From the NCBI GenBank assembly GCA_051453625.1, contig JBOZIK010000001.1, forward strand, positions 28,245,023 to 28,278,957: a DNA stretch of 33,935 nt. The letters run 5' to 3'. The notes under the pieces are model-generated. The model was not told the origin of the DNA, did not search any database, and saw only the letters and a program-made list of their open reading frames with translations. The position numbers were made by a program, and so were the translations under genes. Positions within the stretch are counted from its first letter, which is position 1. Each line of letters opens with the position of its first letter. Of the stretch, positions 23,431 to 33,935 are shown one piece after another. Origin of the DNA: Welwitschia mirabilis. Taxonomy: Eukaryota.

Positions 23431-23987
23431 TGTTCAAGTAAGTCTAATAAGAATCTAGTATTGTTCTATTATAGGGATATATGTGTGGTAACTTTACAAA
23501 AGAAACACAATTATTTTAACTTGTAATGAAAATAAAAATAAAACAAAAGCCAAAAGGTAATTTTTGTAAAGTGATATTTGATTGACATCATAAGGGAATG
23601 AATGTGATCCAAAGGTCTAACCAGTTTATCCAATGCTCTAATTTCACTTCAATGACTTATGTATTCTTAAAACATAAAATAAAATTATCAAGTCATTAAT
23701 TCTTAGGTGTGAAGGATAATCTTGTCCATTACATAAGCATTAATGAGTTATTTAGTCCCTTAATCCTTCATAACCATTTATAAGCATGAAAAGTATGAAT
23801 GATTAGGTACAAGATCCATCAAAAAATAGAAACTATAGTATCATAGAAGTAAGCATAGATAACTCACTCAGTAATGAAAGAACTTAATAATAAAATAGAT
23901 TTACTTAAACATTACTAATACTAATTTAATGTGCATTAATGATGAAAAATAAAATCTACTTTAAAACTAAACTTACCTAAAGATTTA
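23431..23987 (-). repeat. U5 part of the 5' LTR of element B, interrupted by the Sirevirus
   Basis: Begins TGTTCAAG next to the PBS. Homologous to 2847-3160; the homology stops near the TGTTAAG at 23988. Confidence 0.7.
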
Positions 23988-25232
23988 TGTTAAGAACTTA
24001 TTGTCATTGATCAAATTAATGAGTTTTTATGGAGTTAGTCATTGTATAGAGATTTTCCAGCATCAAGAAACCTCTATATAAATTTGAGCAACTAGACTAT
24101 TAATAATGTAAAAACTACTTTAGGTTCAAGTGACTGAGATTCAAAGTCAGGGTGACCAAACTATTAACTCGAACGAAGACCAGTTCTAGCATAGGCAATC
24201 ATGCATAATACCTAGGGAAACTGAATTTTAAATCTATAATAGATTGATACAAAAGTAGATGATTACTTACAATAGAAAGGCTTACCGTGTTGCAATCTAT
24301 AAAGTTCAGTCTACTAATAGTAAGGATGACTACATAGTTAATTAAGAGCGATCACATACTGCCCAGAATAGATCTTAATAAGGTCGACTAATGTATCAAT
24401 GAAGAGTGATCTAAATAAGGTTGACTACATATTTACTTAAGGGCGACCAAAAGTTCATCTACATTAGACTAACAAGTGAGGGTTAATAAAAGGTCATCTA
24501 CAACAGACTAATAAGCGAGGGCGACTGAACGAATAAACTTTGGATGATCAAATATTCTTGTTTAAACTTGTAACAAATCTAAATCAAATAAGGGTGACCA
24601 GATTAAATAAAGAAAGGTAATTGAATACTAAGAAAACTAAAACTATCTTGAGGTTAACTTGACATATTACAAATATAACCCTCATATTTTCATAGTTCAT
24701 CCAAAAAGCATGAAATATTCTATAACAGTCTACTTATTTTCTCTCAATAGTTATCTCTTGTGATTTATCTATTTAAGTATCCTTCCACGAGAATGAAGGA
24801 TAACTTTTTTTAAAATCACACAAAAAAAAAACTATTACATCAATCATTTTATACCTAAACAACTATGAGCTTAGATTTTTATTTGAGCTTCTTCTTACAC
24901 CATCTCTTATGAGAGCTTACTGTAATGCTTGTTCTTGTGGAGCATATCTATGCATTTGTGCACTTAACTTACTTTCTTTCCATTGTGATTATGGATTACC
25001 TCAAAAACCCTTTAGTAATTGAATATATTTATAGTTATCCTAAAAACCATTCTTTAATATTAATATATGCCATCCAGAGACAGGTGGTCTAAGGGCTGAA
25101 AGGTCTATCCACCATTAAAATATTTTATAATTTTATTGGTAAATTTGATTTTTATTTGTAGGTTATTGAAGAGGATAAATTTTTTATTTTATGACCTATT
25201 CACCCATCTTTAGAGTCTATCCATGATTATCA
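23988..25232 (+). repeat. Sirevirus 5' LTR (~1.25 kb)
   Basis: TG...CA ends, decayed GGTCGACC-like palindromes (24150-24660), TATA-like CTATTTAAG (24769-24777), and a C-rich CTATTCACCCATCT motif just before the end. The left boundary is inferred from loss of homology to the host LTR. Confidence 0.75.
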
Positions 25233-25234
25233 AT

Positions 25235-25246
25235 TAGTATTAGGAC
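25235..25246 (+). promoter_or_regulatory. Decayed PBS, initiator tRNA-Met type
   Basis: TAGTATTAGGAC vs TGGTATCAGAGC (8/12, all transitions), 2 nt after the LTR CA. Confidence 0.7.
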
Positions 25247-25297
25247 TAGGTTAAGTAATAAATCCTAACAGATATCTACTCTAATTAACCCTAAAAA

Positions 25298-27600
25298 ATG
25301 AATTAGTCCTTGGAAGAAAATTCTATCATAAGGTTTCCCTTCTTTGATGGAACCAACTATGATTATTGGAAGGAAAAAATAAGGGTCTTTGTTTAATCCA
25401 TTAACCTTGAAATATGGGAGCCTATAACTAATGGTTATTATCTTCCCACTATGCAAGATCCTGTAACCAAATTAACTACTCTAAAGAGTAAGAGCAAGTG
25501 GATACCTAATGAAAAGTTGATAGCATCTTGCAATTTAAAAGGACTGAATGCCATCTTCTATGCCATAGGTCCAGAAGATTTCAAATGAGTAGTAAATTAC
25601 TCCATAGCAAAAGAAGTATGGGATATCTTGCAAACCACTTATGAGGAAACTATCCTAGTGAAGTAGTCTAAGATTTATATTCTTATCACTCAATTCGAAG
25701 ATCTCAAGATGGAATAAAATAAAGGTATAAATGATTCTTTTCACAAAACTAATAGATATTATTAATCCTATGCATATCCTAGGTGCAATTATCAAGGAGT
25801 CAAGAGTAGTTCACAAAGCTTTAAGATCTCTGACCAAAAGATTCAAGTCCAAACTCATGGCCATTGAAGAAATCAAGAACCTGAATATCATGAAGATGAA
25901 TGCACTCTAAGAAAACCTTTACACATTTAAACTAAAGTTTTGAAAGTAGAAAAAGAAAATTGTATCTTTGGCAATTTCTCATGAGAACCCCAATATCAAG
26001 GAAGATTTAAGCAAGAACCAAAAAACGAAGATGAGGTGGCTTTTTTAGCCAGAAGATTCTGATACTTTATGCAATGATGATGAAATGGAGGTCAATCTAG
26101 GAGACCACCAAGAATAAAAGAGGATGGACAATAAGATATCAAATGCTATTCCTACAAGGGTTTTAATCACACATCAAGTATCTATTCAAAAAACCAAAAA
26201 AATGATAAAATAAAAGAAAAGAAATTATTACCAGCAATATGGGATAATAAATAAAGTAAGAATGAATAGAACTCATATTTAGAATTGGGTGGTATCTATC
26301 TCATGGCTTTTAGAGATGAAAAGGTATGTTCCTCTTCCATCATTGGTTCTATTGATAATAATGATTTGCTTAGTGAAATAGAAATGAAACTTTACATGGA
26401 ATGTTAAAATCTAGCTCTTAGAATAAACAATCTTATGAAAGAAGACAAAAACCTATTAGACAAGCTAGAGACCAGAGAAAAGGAAAGTAGATATTCATAA
26501 AATAAACTTGACNNNNNNNNNNNNNNNNNNNNNNNNNNNNNNNNNNNNNNNNNNNNNNNNNNNNNNNNNNNNNNNNNNNNNNNNNNNNNNNNNNNNNNNN
26601 NNNNNNNNNNNNNNNNNNNNNNNNNNNNNNNNNNNNNNNNNNNNNNNNNNNNNNNNNNNNNNNNNNNNNNNNNNNNNNNNNNNNNNNNNNNNNNNNNNNN
26701 NNNNNNNNNNNNNNNNNNNNNNNNNNNNNNNNNNNNNNNNNNNNNNNNNNNNNNNNNNNNNNNNNNNNNNNNNNNNNNNNNNNNNNNNNNNNNNNNNNNN
26801 NNNNNNNNNNNNNNNNNNNNNNNNNNNNNNNNNNNNNNNNNNNNNNNNNNNNNNNNNNNNNNNNNNNNNNNNNNNNNNNNNNNNNNNNNNNNNNNNNNNN
26901 NNNNNNNNNNNNNNNNNNNNNNNNNNNNNNNNNNNNNNNNNNNNNNNNNNNNNNNNNNNNNNNNNNNNNNNNNNNNNNNNNNNNNNNNNNNNNNNNNNNN
27001 NNNNNNNNNNNNNNNNNNNNNNNNNNNNNNNNNNNNNNNNNNNNNNNNNNNNNNNNNNNNNNNNNNNNNNNNNNNNNNNNNNNNNNNNNNNNNNNNNNNN
27101 NNNNNNNNNNNNNNNNNNNNNNNNNNNNNNNNNNNNNNNNNNNNNNNNNNNNNNNNNNNNNNNNNNNNNNNNNNNNNNNNNNNNNNNNNNNNNNNNNNNN
27201 NNNNNNNNNNNNNNNNNNNNNNNNNNNNNNNNNNNNNNNNNNNNNNNNNNNNNNNNNNNNNNNNNNNNNNNNNNNNNNNNNNNNNNNNNNNNNNNNNNNN
27301 NNNNNNNNNNNNNNNNNNNNNNNNNNNNNNNNNNNNNAACCTATTAGACAAGCTAGAGACCAGAGAAAAGGAAAGTAGATATTCAGAAAATAAACTTGAC
27401 TCAAATTCATTGTTGTTTAAAGGGACTATGTCTATTAAATATTTCTCTAGTATATTTCATTCTTATAATAATTCTTATCTCAAGCCTTTATCTAAATTAA
27501 ACTCTAATTACTCTTTAGCAAACATTACCTATCATTATTATAACAAAAGGATAACTTAAAGATTGATTGTATTTTTCTCAAAATTTGATTCCCTTACTCC
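25298..27600 (+). pseudogene. gag: Sirevirus gag
   Basis: RFPFFDGTNYDYWKEKIRVFV*SINLEIWEPITNGY, NLKGLNAIFYAIGPEDFK*VVNYSIAKEVWDILQTTYEET and KALRSLTKRFKSKLMAIEE. Decayed zinc knuckles near 26143 and 27525. Confidence 0.9.
26513..27337. other. Assembly gap with duplicated 63-bp flanks
   Basis: 26450-26512 equals 27338-27400 except for one base. Confidence 0.95.
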
Positions 27601-27734
27601 ATGTTAGATTTTAAGTTTATTTTTTCTCAAAATTTCAATCAAAATTTAAATAAAAACAAATGCTTGAGGTGGATTATAAAGCCCTCAGACAAAAGCCTAT
27701 TAATTCAAATAGCTTTAAAAATAACTAGTCATTT

Positions 27735-30700
27735 GTTTTGGTGTCTTGATAGTGGTTCTCTAGATATATCACAGGTGATAAGTCCAACTTCATTAAATTC
27801 AAGGAATACAATGGAGGAGAAGTGACTTTTGAGGATAATGGAAGATCTTAGATTAAAGGCATTAAAAGGATCAGTGGAGGTAATTTACCTAATATTCATA
27901 ATGTGTTATTTGTGAATGGCTTAAATCATAATCTATTAATCATTAGTCAAATCTACAATAAAGGTCATAAAGTATCATTTGATGAAAATAAGTGTATAGT
28001 AAAACATGATGAAATATATTAGCTATTACTTGTAGCAACTAGACACAAAAATATTTATTATGAAAATTAGTCAAATAATTCTACTTGTTACTCTTCTCAT
28101 ATTTGAGAAGACATCATTTGGCATCAATGTTTACATTACATTAGTTTTCAAATTTTGAAGAAAATATGTCTTAATAAAATTATCAAAGAACTTTCAAAAC
28201 TTTTTATCACTCATAAAGGTTTATGTGATCCTTGGCAAAAAGGAAAACACACCAGAACATCTCATAAAAGAATTAGTGAACTTACTACTAGTAAGCCATT
28301 AGATTTAATTTAGATGGATTTGGTTGGTCCTTTTCAAATGACAATCTTATTTAGAAAAAGATATTTTTTAGTTATGGTTGATTACTTTTCTAGATTTTCT
28401 TGGGTAGCCTTTCTTCATGCAAAATTTGATGCATATGATAATTTTATTAGAATTTGCAAGAAACTTCAAACTAAAAAGAGATATGTAATTAAGAAAATTT
28501 GGAGTGATCATAGTAGATACTTTGAAAATGAAAGATTCAAATTGTATTGCAACTCTAATGGAATTAATCACAAATTCTCAGCTCAAAAAAATCCTCAACA
28601 AAATAGGATAGCTAAAAGAAAAAAATAAACTTTATTAGACATGGTAAGAGTTATGTTGAATGACAAGATATTCCAAAATAATTTTGGGCTGAAGCACTAA
28701 ACACGACTTGTCATGTTTCAAATAGAGTTTATTTAAGACTTGTAAATTCTAAAACTTCCTATGAACTTTGGAAAGAAAAGAAGTAAAATATATCTTATTT
28801 CAAAACCTTTAGAAGTAAGTGCTTCATTCTGAGAGATAGAGAGGACTTAATGAAATTTACTTCTAAATCTGATAAATTAATTTTCTTAGGGTACTCTCAA
28901 TCGAGTAGAGCTAATAGAGTGTTTAATAAATGCACTCTTCATATGAAAGAATCTATAAATGTAAAAATCCATGATGTTTCTAATACCTAAAAATCCTTTA
29001 AAACTAATGAATATTCAGTTCCTTCTTCTTTCTATCATAACAGAGATGACTCAAAAGATAAGATGATACCAAAAATTAGAGAACTCAAGGATCATCATTT
29101 GGACTTAATCATTGAAAATTTTCAATAAGATATTGTCACTAGGCATTCTCTTAAAAATTTTAGTGCACATATTTATCTATTATTTCAAGTGAAACCAAGG
29201 ACCTTTAAGGATGTTGAATCTGACCAATGTTGAATGAATGCAATGTAAGAAGAACTTGAATAATTCTCTTAAAATCAGGTCTAGTATCTTATTTCAAAAC
29301 CCATCTGAAAAAATTTCATTAGTATAAAATGAAATTTTGGAAATAAGGTAAATGAGAAGAATGAGATTACTAAGTACAAAGCTAGATTTGTAGCTTAAGG
29401 TACTCTCAAATAGAAGGAGTAGATTATGGTGACAAATTTACTTCTATTATTAGACTTGAATCAATAAGAATGTTTCTAGCTTTTGTGTGCTATAAGAAAA
29501 TGAAAGTCTTTTAAATGTATGTAAAGAGTACTTTTCTAGACAGACACATTGAAGTAAAATTTTACATGAAATAACCATAAGGCTTCTCTAATCCTTATAA
29601 ATTAGATTATGTGTACAAACTTAACAAGGCTTTATATTTGAATAATATCATCTGTTGGAATATTCAAATATGATTGCACATGTTTTGGGATGTATTTTAT
29701 AAAAGCACATATGGATGAAGCTCTCAGAGCATGGTATGAAAAGATTTCCTCTTTTTTCCTCTAGAATGGTTTTACTAGAGGCTTCATTGATAGAACTTTA
29801 TTTAGAAAAGTTTTAAGTAATGATTTAATTTCATTCAAATCTATGTGGATGACATTATTTTTGGGTAAACTAATGAAATATTATCAAATGATTTTGTAAA
29901 TATGATAAGTTTTAAGTTTGAATTAAGCATAGTTGGACTAGTTAACATGTTTTTAGGCCTAAAAATCTAATAACATGAATATCGTATCTTCATCAGTCAG
30001 AAGAAATACTCCTCATATCTAATCAAAAACTTCAGACTTAAAAATGCTAAGTTTATGGACTCTCTAATTGCCATGAATGTTAAACTTTCTATTGATGAAG
30101 ATGGCAAGGATGTGAACCAAATGTTATATCATAGCATTATAGGAAGTCTATTGTATCTAACATCTAGTTGTCCTATCATAGCATTTAGTGTTGGTTTGTG
30201 TGTCAGGTATTAAATTAAACCAAAGGAATCTCATCTTATTACTATTAATAAAATACTTCTCTATGTAAAAGGTACTCTTGATTTTGATTTATTGTTTTCA
30301 ATAATACTTCTTTAAGCTTAATAAGTTATAGTGAGGTGGACTGGGCTAGCTACAAAGATGATCAAAAGAATACAAGTGATGGATGCTTCTTCTTTAGAAA
30401 TTGCCTCACAGCCTGGTATAACAAGAAATAATACTTCATATCCCTCTTCACAACCAAAGCTTAATACATAGTTGTTGGAGCTTGTTGTACTTAGATGTTG
30501 TGGATGAAAAAAACTTTAAAGAAATATGGCCTATATATCATAAAAGTTCCTATTTTATGTGATAACTTAAGAGTCATTCAAATTACTCATCACCTAGTTC
30601 AATAAACTCGCACCAAGCACATCGATATCACTTAGTAGAAAAGAAATTTATTACCCTAGAATATGTTTATACTAAAGGTTAATTAGCTGATATTTTTATA

Positions 30701-30770
30701 AAAACTTTATCATCTAATTGATTTACTACTCTTCATTACTTTTTGAGTATCATGTTTGAAAATGACTTAA
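27735..30770 (+). pseudogene. pol: Sirevirus pol (protease-integrase-RT-RNaseH) with many stops and frameshifts
   Basis: Protease WCLDSG (DSG 27748-27756) and VLFVNGLNHNLLIISQI. Pre-integrase WHQCLHY. Integrase core MDLVGP..VDYFSRFSWVAFL..IWSDH..PQQNRIAKRK (28314-28628). RT KYKARFVA, YSQIEGVDY, RLESIRMFLA, YVDDIIFG (29842). RNaseH YSEVDWA, ILCDN, RTKHIDI, LADIFIK. Confidence 0.95.
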
Positions 30771-31357
30771 AAAACCTAGCCTCATATGAATAATAGAGTT
30801 CAATTGATGAATTCAAAACTTTCCTTGTAATATCAATCTAAACCTCAATCGATCTCCTTCCTAAAGTGGGGCAACCATCTATCTTTTGATACTTACTATT
30901 AAAATTTTCTCTTCTCCGGGTCAACCAAACCATATATTTGGTTGGATTGAATTTGTCTTAATTTCCTATGAAATCTTTCAATTAATGGATTGACTGCTAG
31001 TTTTACTAAGGTTGACCTCATTTAGAACTTTTTTTGGTTATATCAAGTTAACCACTACTTTTGTTTAGATCAATTAACTTTATCTAAGATTTTCCTATAA
31101 AATATTCATCTCTTAGGGTTAACCGCTTATTATTTAAGATTGACCACCTCCTTGTAGTTTTAGTTTTAAAAAATTTTACATAGATCAAGTAACCTTAATG
31201 ATCGATTACTCTCATTTAAGGCAGTGCACTGTGGATTTTTAAAATCTGCCTACCCTTTTCAAAACTCTCATTTATCTTATTCTTCTTTTGTTGTTTTCTC
31301 AAGTTTGGTGAACTACTCTTTACCTTTCCTATGTTTTTCCTCAAATCTAATCTTCAA

Positions 31358-32159
31358 ATGGCTTTTCAGTAGTCAAGAGAGGGTTATAGGAAGAGAAGAA
31401 AGAATTTTGCTATAAACCCCTCTAATTACATTTTTTCAAGAATGAGTGCTGAGAAATTATAATATTTTGAAAAGAATTTTGAGTCTAGGCCTATTATTTT
31501 GGAAAGGACCTGTGAACCTGTTTAATTTCTCAATCTAAGAGAGGTTTAGACTCTTCTTGAGGAATTAAAATAGAGCTACTTCATCTATGTTTTAGGCATG
31601 TGTTATCCTTATTTACCAAGTTATTTTATTTAAATGCTACATTCCACATTTATTAATTCTGTTTTTGGCCATGGGATGCACATCACTACTGACCTCATAG
31701 CTTCCCTTACTGGGCTACCTCGAGGGAACTTAAGGTAAATATTAATCCATGGCTGAGTCCTTTAAAGAAAAGGACATTACCACTCAGCATGTGTGTGGTA
31801 CTACTCTCACAACTTCTTCCTAGTTTTCATCTTTTACAACTGATTCTATTGTATAATATCCTTCCTCTTATTGGGTACAAAGATGAACTCTCTAATTACT
31901 TGATCTTCCTTCTCTACCTGTTGGATTGGAGATGTGACATTAATGCTCCTGGCATTATGCTCAACCATATGGCTAATTAGCTTCAGCCTCATAAGAGGCG
32001 TTCCCTATCGTATCCTTTTCTTATTACATGAATTTTTCAATACTTTAACATTCCGCATCTTGCTTGACAGGAGATTTAAAAGCCCATGGAGCCCATTAAT
32101 CATGCCACTCTTTCCAAGATGCATATTGTTTTGGAATCTGCTACTCCATCTAGGCATAA
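31358..32159 (+). pseudogene. Sirevirus extra ORF (env-like / putative plant transposon protein domain)
   Basis: Downstream of pol: FESRPIILERT...MCYPYL, LLQLILLYNILPLIGYKDELSNYLIFLLYLL...INAPGIMLNHM...SLSYPFLIT*IFQYFNIP...PINHATLSKM. This is the motif succession typical of LTR-element extra ORFs. Track ORFs 31789-31980 and 32086+ are in the same frame. Confidence 0.75.
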
Positions 32160-33522
32160 TGTCATGTCCCAAATTTTAAGACTTAAGATTAAGGCTAATA
32201 ATTCATGTTTTCTTTTATTTCTAATAGTATTATTTTGTACTTTGGCTTATGCATTGCTCATTTTGAAAAAATGTCAATGAGTTGTGGATATAAATTTGAA
32301 ATTATTTTGAATAAAGATGCTTAATCTGTAAAGTTATTATTTTTTATCAAAACTACTATCATGTTATGGAATACTGCTAATGTATCATTGTCGTTAATCA
32401 TGTAAGCCTAATTGTTATTTATTATTTTCCTGATGGCCTGGCAAGGTAATGGAAATCCCCACTTTATAACCACCTGCATTCATGATATTTTATCTTCATA
32501 TGCAAAGAATCTTTGCCAACCTTTGTTTGTCTTCATATGCAAGGAATCTTTGCCAACTTTCATTTTGTCTTTATATTCTTGTGACTCTTCATATTCCACC
32601 AAACCTTAATTATAAATAGGACTCTTCTCTTCCTTTTTCCTCACTTTTGTTTTTGGAGAATCATTTGCTATCGAGTCTTAGAGCCTCGAGAAGCCTTGAA
32701 GGCTTGTAAAGATCTTGAGTTCTTAAAAATTGATATGGTTCTATGATTTTCATTAATCTCTTATATGGTTTCATGGTCTTTGATCTTCATTTCTGTATGG
32801 TTTTATGGTGTTCTTGATATCTTTTGTTGGTGAATCTTTTCTTATGCATATCTTGATTATGATTTACCTTTAAAGTTTAAGCTTGTTGTAACCAAATCAT
32901 GAGGCTTTGAGGGCTAGGCCACCTAAAGGGCTCCTATTGGCCATAGGAATGATCCAGTAGGCAATGGATAATTGATGCCTCTTTTATGGGGCATACTGTT
33001 CTTTAACCTTTCATAAGATCTGGTATTTTACCTCAACTTTTGTTTTGATTTGAGGTTTTGGTCAATTGATATTTTGTGAATCCCTTCTTCTACTCAAAAA
33101 CCCTTATCTTAAACCTTGCCATGGACCATACTGGGAATTATGGAGGTGCAGTTCTCATGCCATACTTTCATGTGTAGGATCTAGTATGAAGATGGCCTTT
33201 GGATGAGTCAGTTGTTATTGATGGATGGATAATTACTTTCATACTTATGGTTTAAATTCAAGTATTTAGTGAAGGATCTTAGATGATCTAATTGTAATAT
33301 GAATGTGATTAATGCATTCGAATTTATTATAAAAAATGTTATGTGAACAATGTATTTCCCTTTTATTTTAAGGATTTCAAGTGCTTTTCTTGAATATAAG
33401 ACTTTATTTAGGTTGTATCTTGGTGTGTAGATTATTTATTTTGAACAAACGTGTAACTATGATTTTATCTTATTAATTAGAGAAGTAATTCTTAGAATAA
33501 CTTAGATGAACAATGAGGAGTT
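32160..33522 (+). mobile_element. LTR of another retrotransposon (Tat/Ogre-like terminus) inserted in the Sirevirus extra ORF
   Basis: Abrupt start TGTCATGTCCCAAATTTT, TATAAATAGG box at 32611-32620, and a second diverged copy after the gap. Confidence 0.6.
32493..32567 (+). repeat. 2 x 37-bp tandem repeat upstream of the LTR TATA box
   Basis: TCTTCATATGCAA(A/G)GAATCTTTGCCAAC repeated at a 37-bp period. Confidence 0.9.
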
Positions 33523-33622
33523 NNNNNNNNNNNNNNNNNNNNNNNNNNNNNNNNNNNNNNNNNNNNNNNNNNNNNNNNNNNNNNNNNNNNNNNNNNNNNN
33601 NNNNNNNNNNNNNNNNNNNNNN

Positions 33623-33935
33623 CAAGGAATCTTTGTCAACTTTCGTTTGTCCTCATATTCTTGTGACTCTTTGCATTCCACCAAATCTTGATTATAAATA
33701 GGACTCTTCTCCTTTTGCCTCACTTTCATTTTTGAAGAACCATTTGCTATCGAGTCTTAGAGCTTAGAAAAGCCTTGAAGACTTGCAAAGATCTTGAGTT
33801 CTTCTCAAAAATTGATATGGTTCTATAGTTTTCATTAATCTCTTGTATGGTTTCATGATCTTTCATCTTCATTTTTGTATGGTTTCTATGGTATTCTTGA
33901 TATATTTTTGATTCATGCAAATCCATTTATCTCTT
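33623..33935 (+). repeat. Second copy of LTR segment 32540-~32850
   Basis: CAAGGAATCTTTG...ATTATAAATAGGACTCTTCTC...CATTTGCTATCGAGTCTTAGAGC shared, about 85% identity by eye. Follows the 100-N gap 33523-33622. Confidence 0.9.

Larger units (their letters stand above)
18780..23987 (-). mobile_element. Element B: strongly decayed Athila-like element (partial 5' LTR, PBS, gag remnant, 3' region homologous to element A)
   Basis: Minus strand reads ...TTGAACA-AGATTT-TAGCACTATTATTAGGGA (LTR end plus PBS). 19740-21138 is an inverted homologue of 10073-11500 (e.g. CCATAATTAGAGAAGTAAGAATCCATAAA vs the reverse complement of TTTATGGGTACTTACTTCTCTAATGATGG). Hairpin motif copies at 18918 and 19206. The lower boundary is approximate. 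Confidence 0.72.
23988..32159 (+). mobile_element. Ty1/Copia Sirevirus (SIRE/Maximus lineage), pseudogenised; 3' LTR not in the window
   Basis: 5' LTR, PBS-Met, then gag, PR, INT, RT, RNaseH in Copia order, followed by an extra ORF. SIRE-type motifs FDGTNYDYWK, LDSG and YVDDIIFG. Confidence 0.93.

Noticed and set aside
24150..24660. Spaced short palindromic repeats suggestive of a CRISPR array
   Set aside because: Repeats are about 8-10 bp, degenerate and irregularly spaced, lie within a plant LTR, and no cas genes are present.
26404..27410. ORFs of 279-325 aa
   Set aside because: They span the N gap; the apparent repeated peptide comes from the duplicated contig ends.

Overview
AT-rich (about 30% GC by eye), CpG-depleted eukaryotic DNA, almost certainly plant heterochromatin from a gapped scaffold (7 N-runs). 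I see no intact host gene, RNA gene or CRISPR array; the window is a pile of old, nested transposons. (1) Element A, Ty3/Gypsy Athila-like, + strand 5758-~13104: two ~1.05-1.08 kb LTRs, decayed tRNA-Asp PBS, gag and protease, but no RT/RNaseH/integrase. (2) A younger relative of A's gag on the minus strand at 1-492. (3) Element B, a decayed minus-strand Athila-like element (PBS 23407-23424) with different LTRs but a 3' internal region homologous to A's; its 3' LTR may lie at 2847-3852. (4) A CACTA remnant ending at 16905, containing a 1.3 kb tandem duplication, into which A appears inserted. (5) A Ty1/Copia Sirevirus (SIRE) from 23988 with LTR, PBS-Met, pseudogenised gag-pol and an env-like extra ORF, interrupted at 32160 by a Tat/Ogre-like LTR. 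All long ORFs in the supplied track that are full of X are gap artefacts. I found no convincing new biological system. The best leads are the pol-less Athila-like family, its recurring ~40-bp hairpin motif, and a possibly spliced 3' module shared between elements with unrelated LTRs. Identities are estimated by eye and family names come from motif recognition, not database searches.
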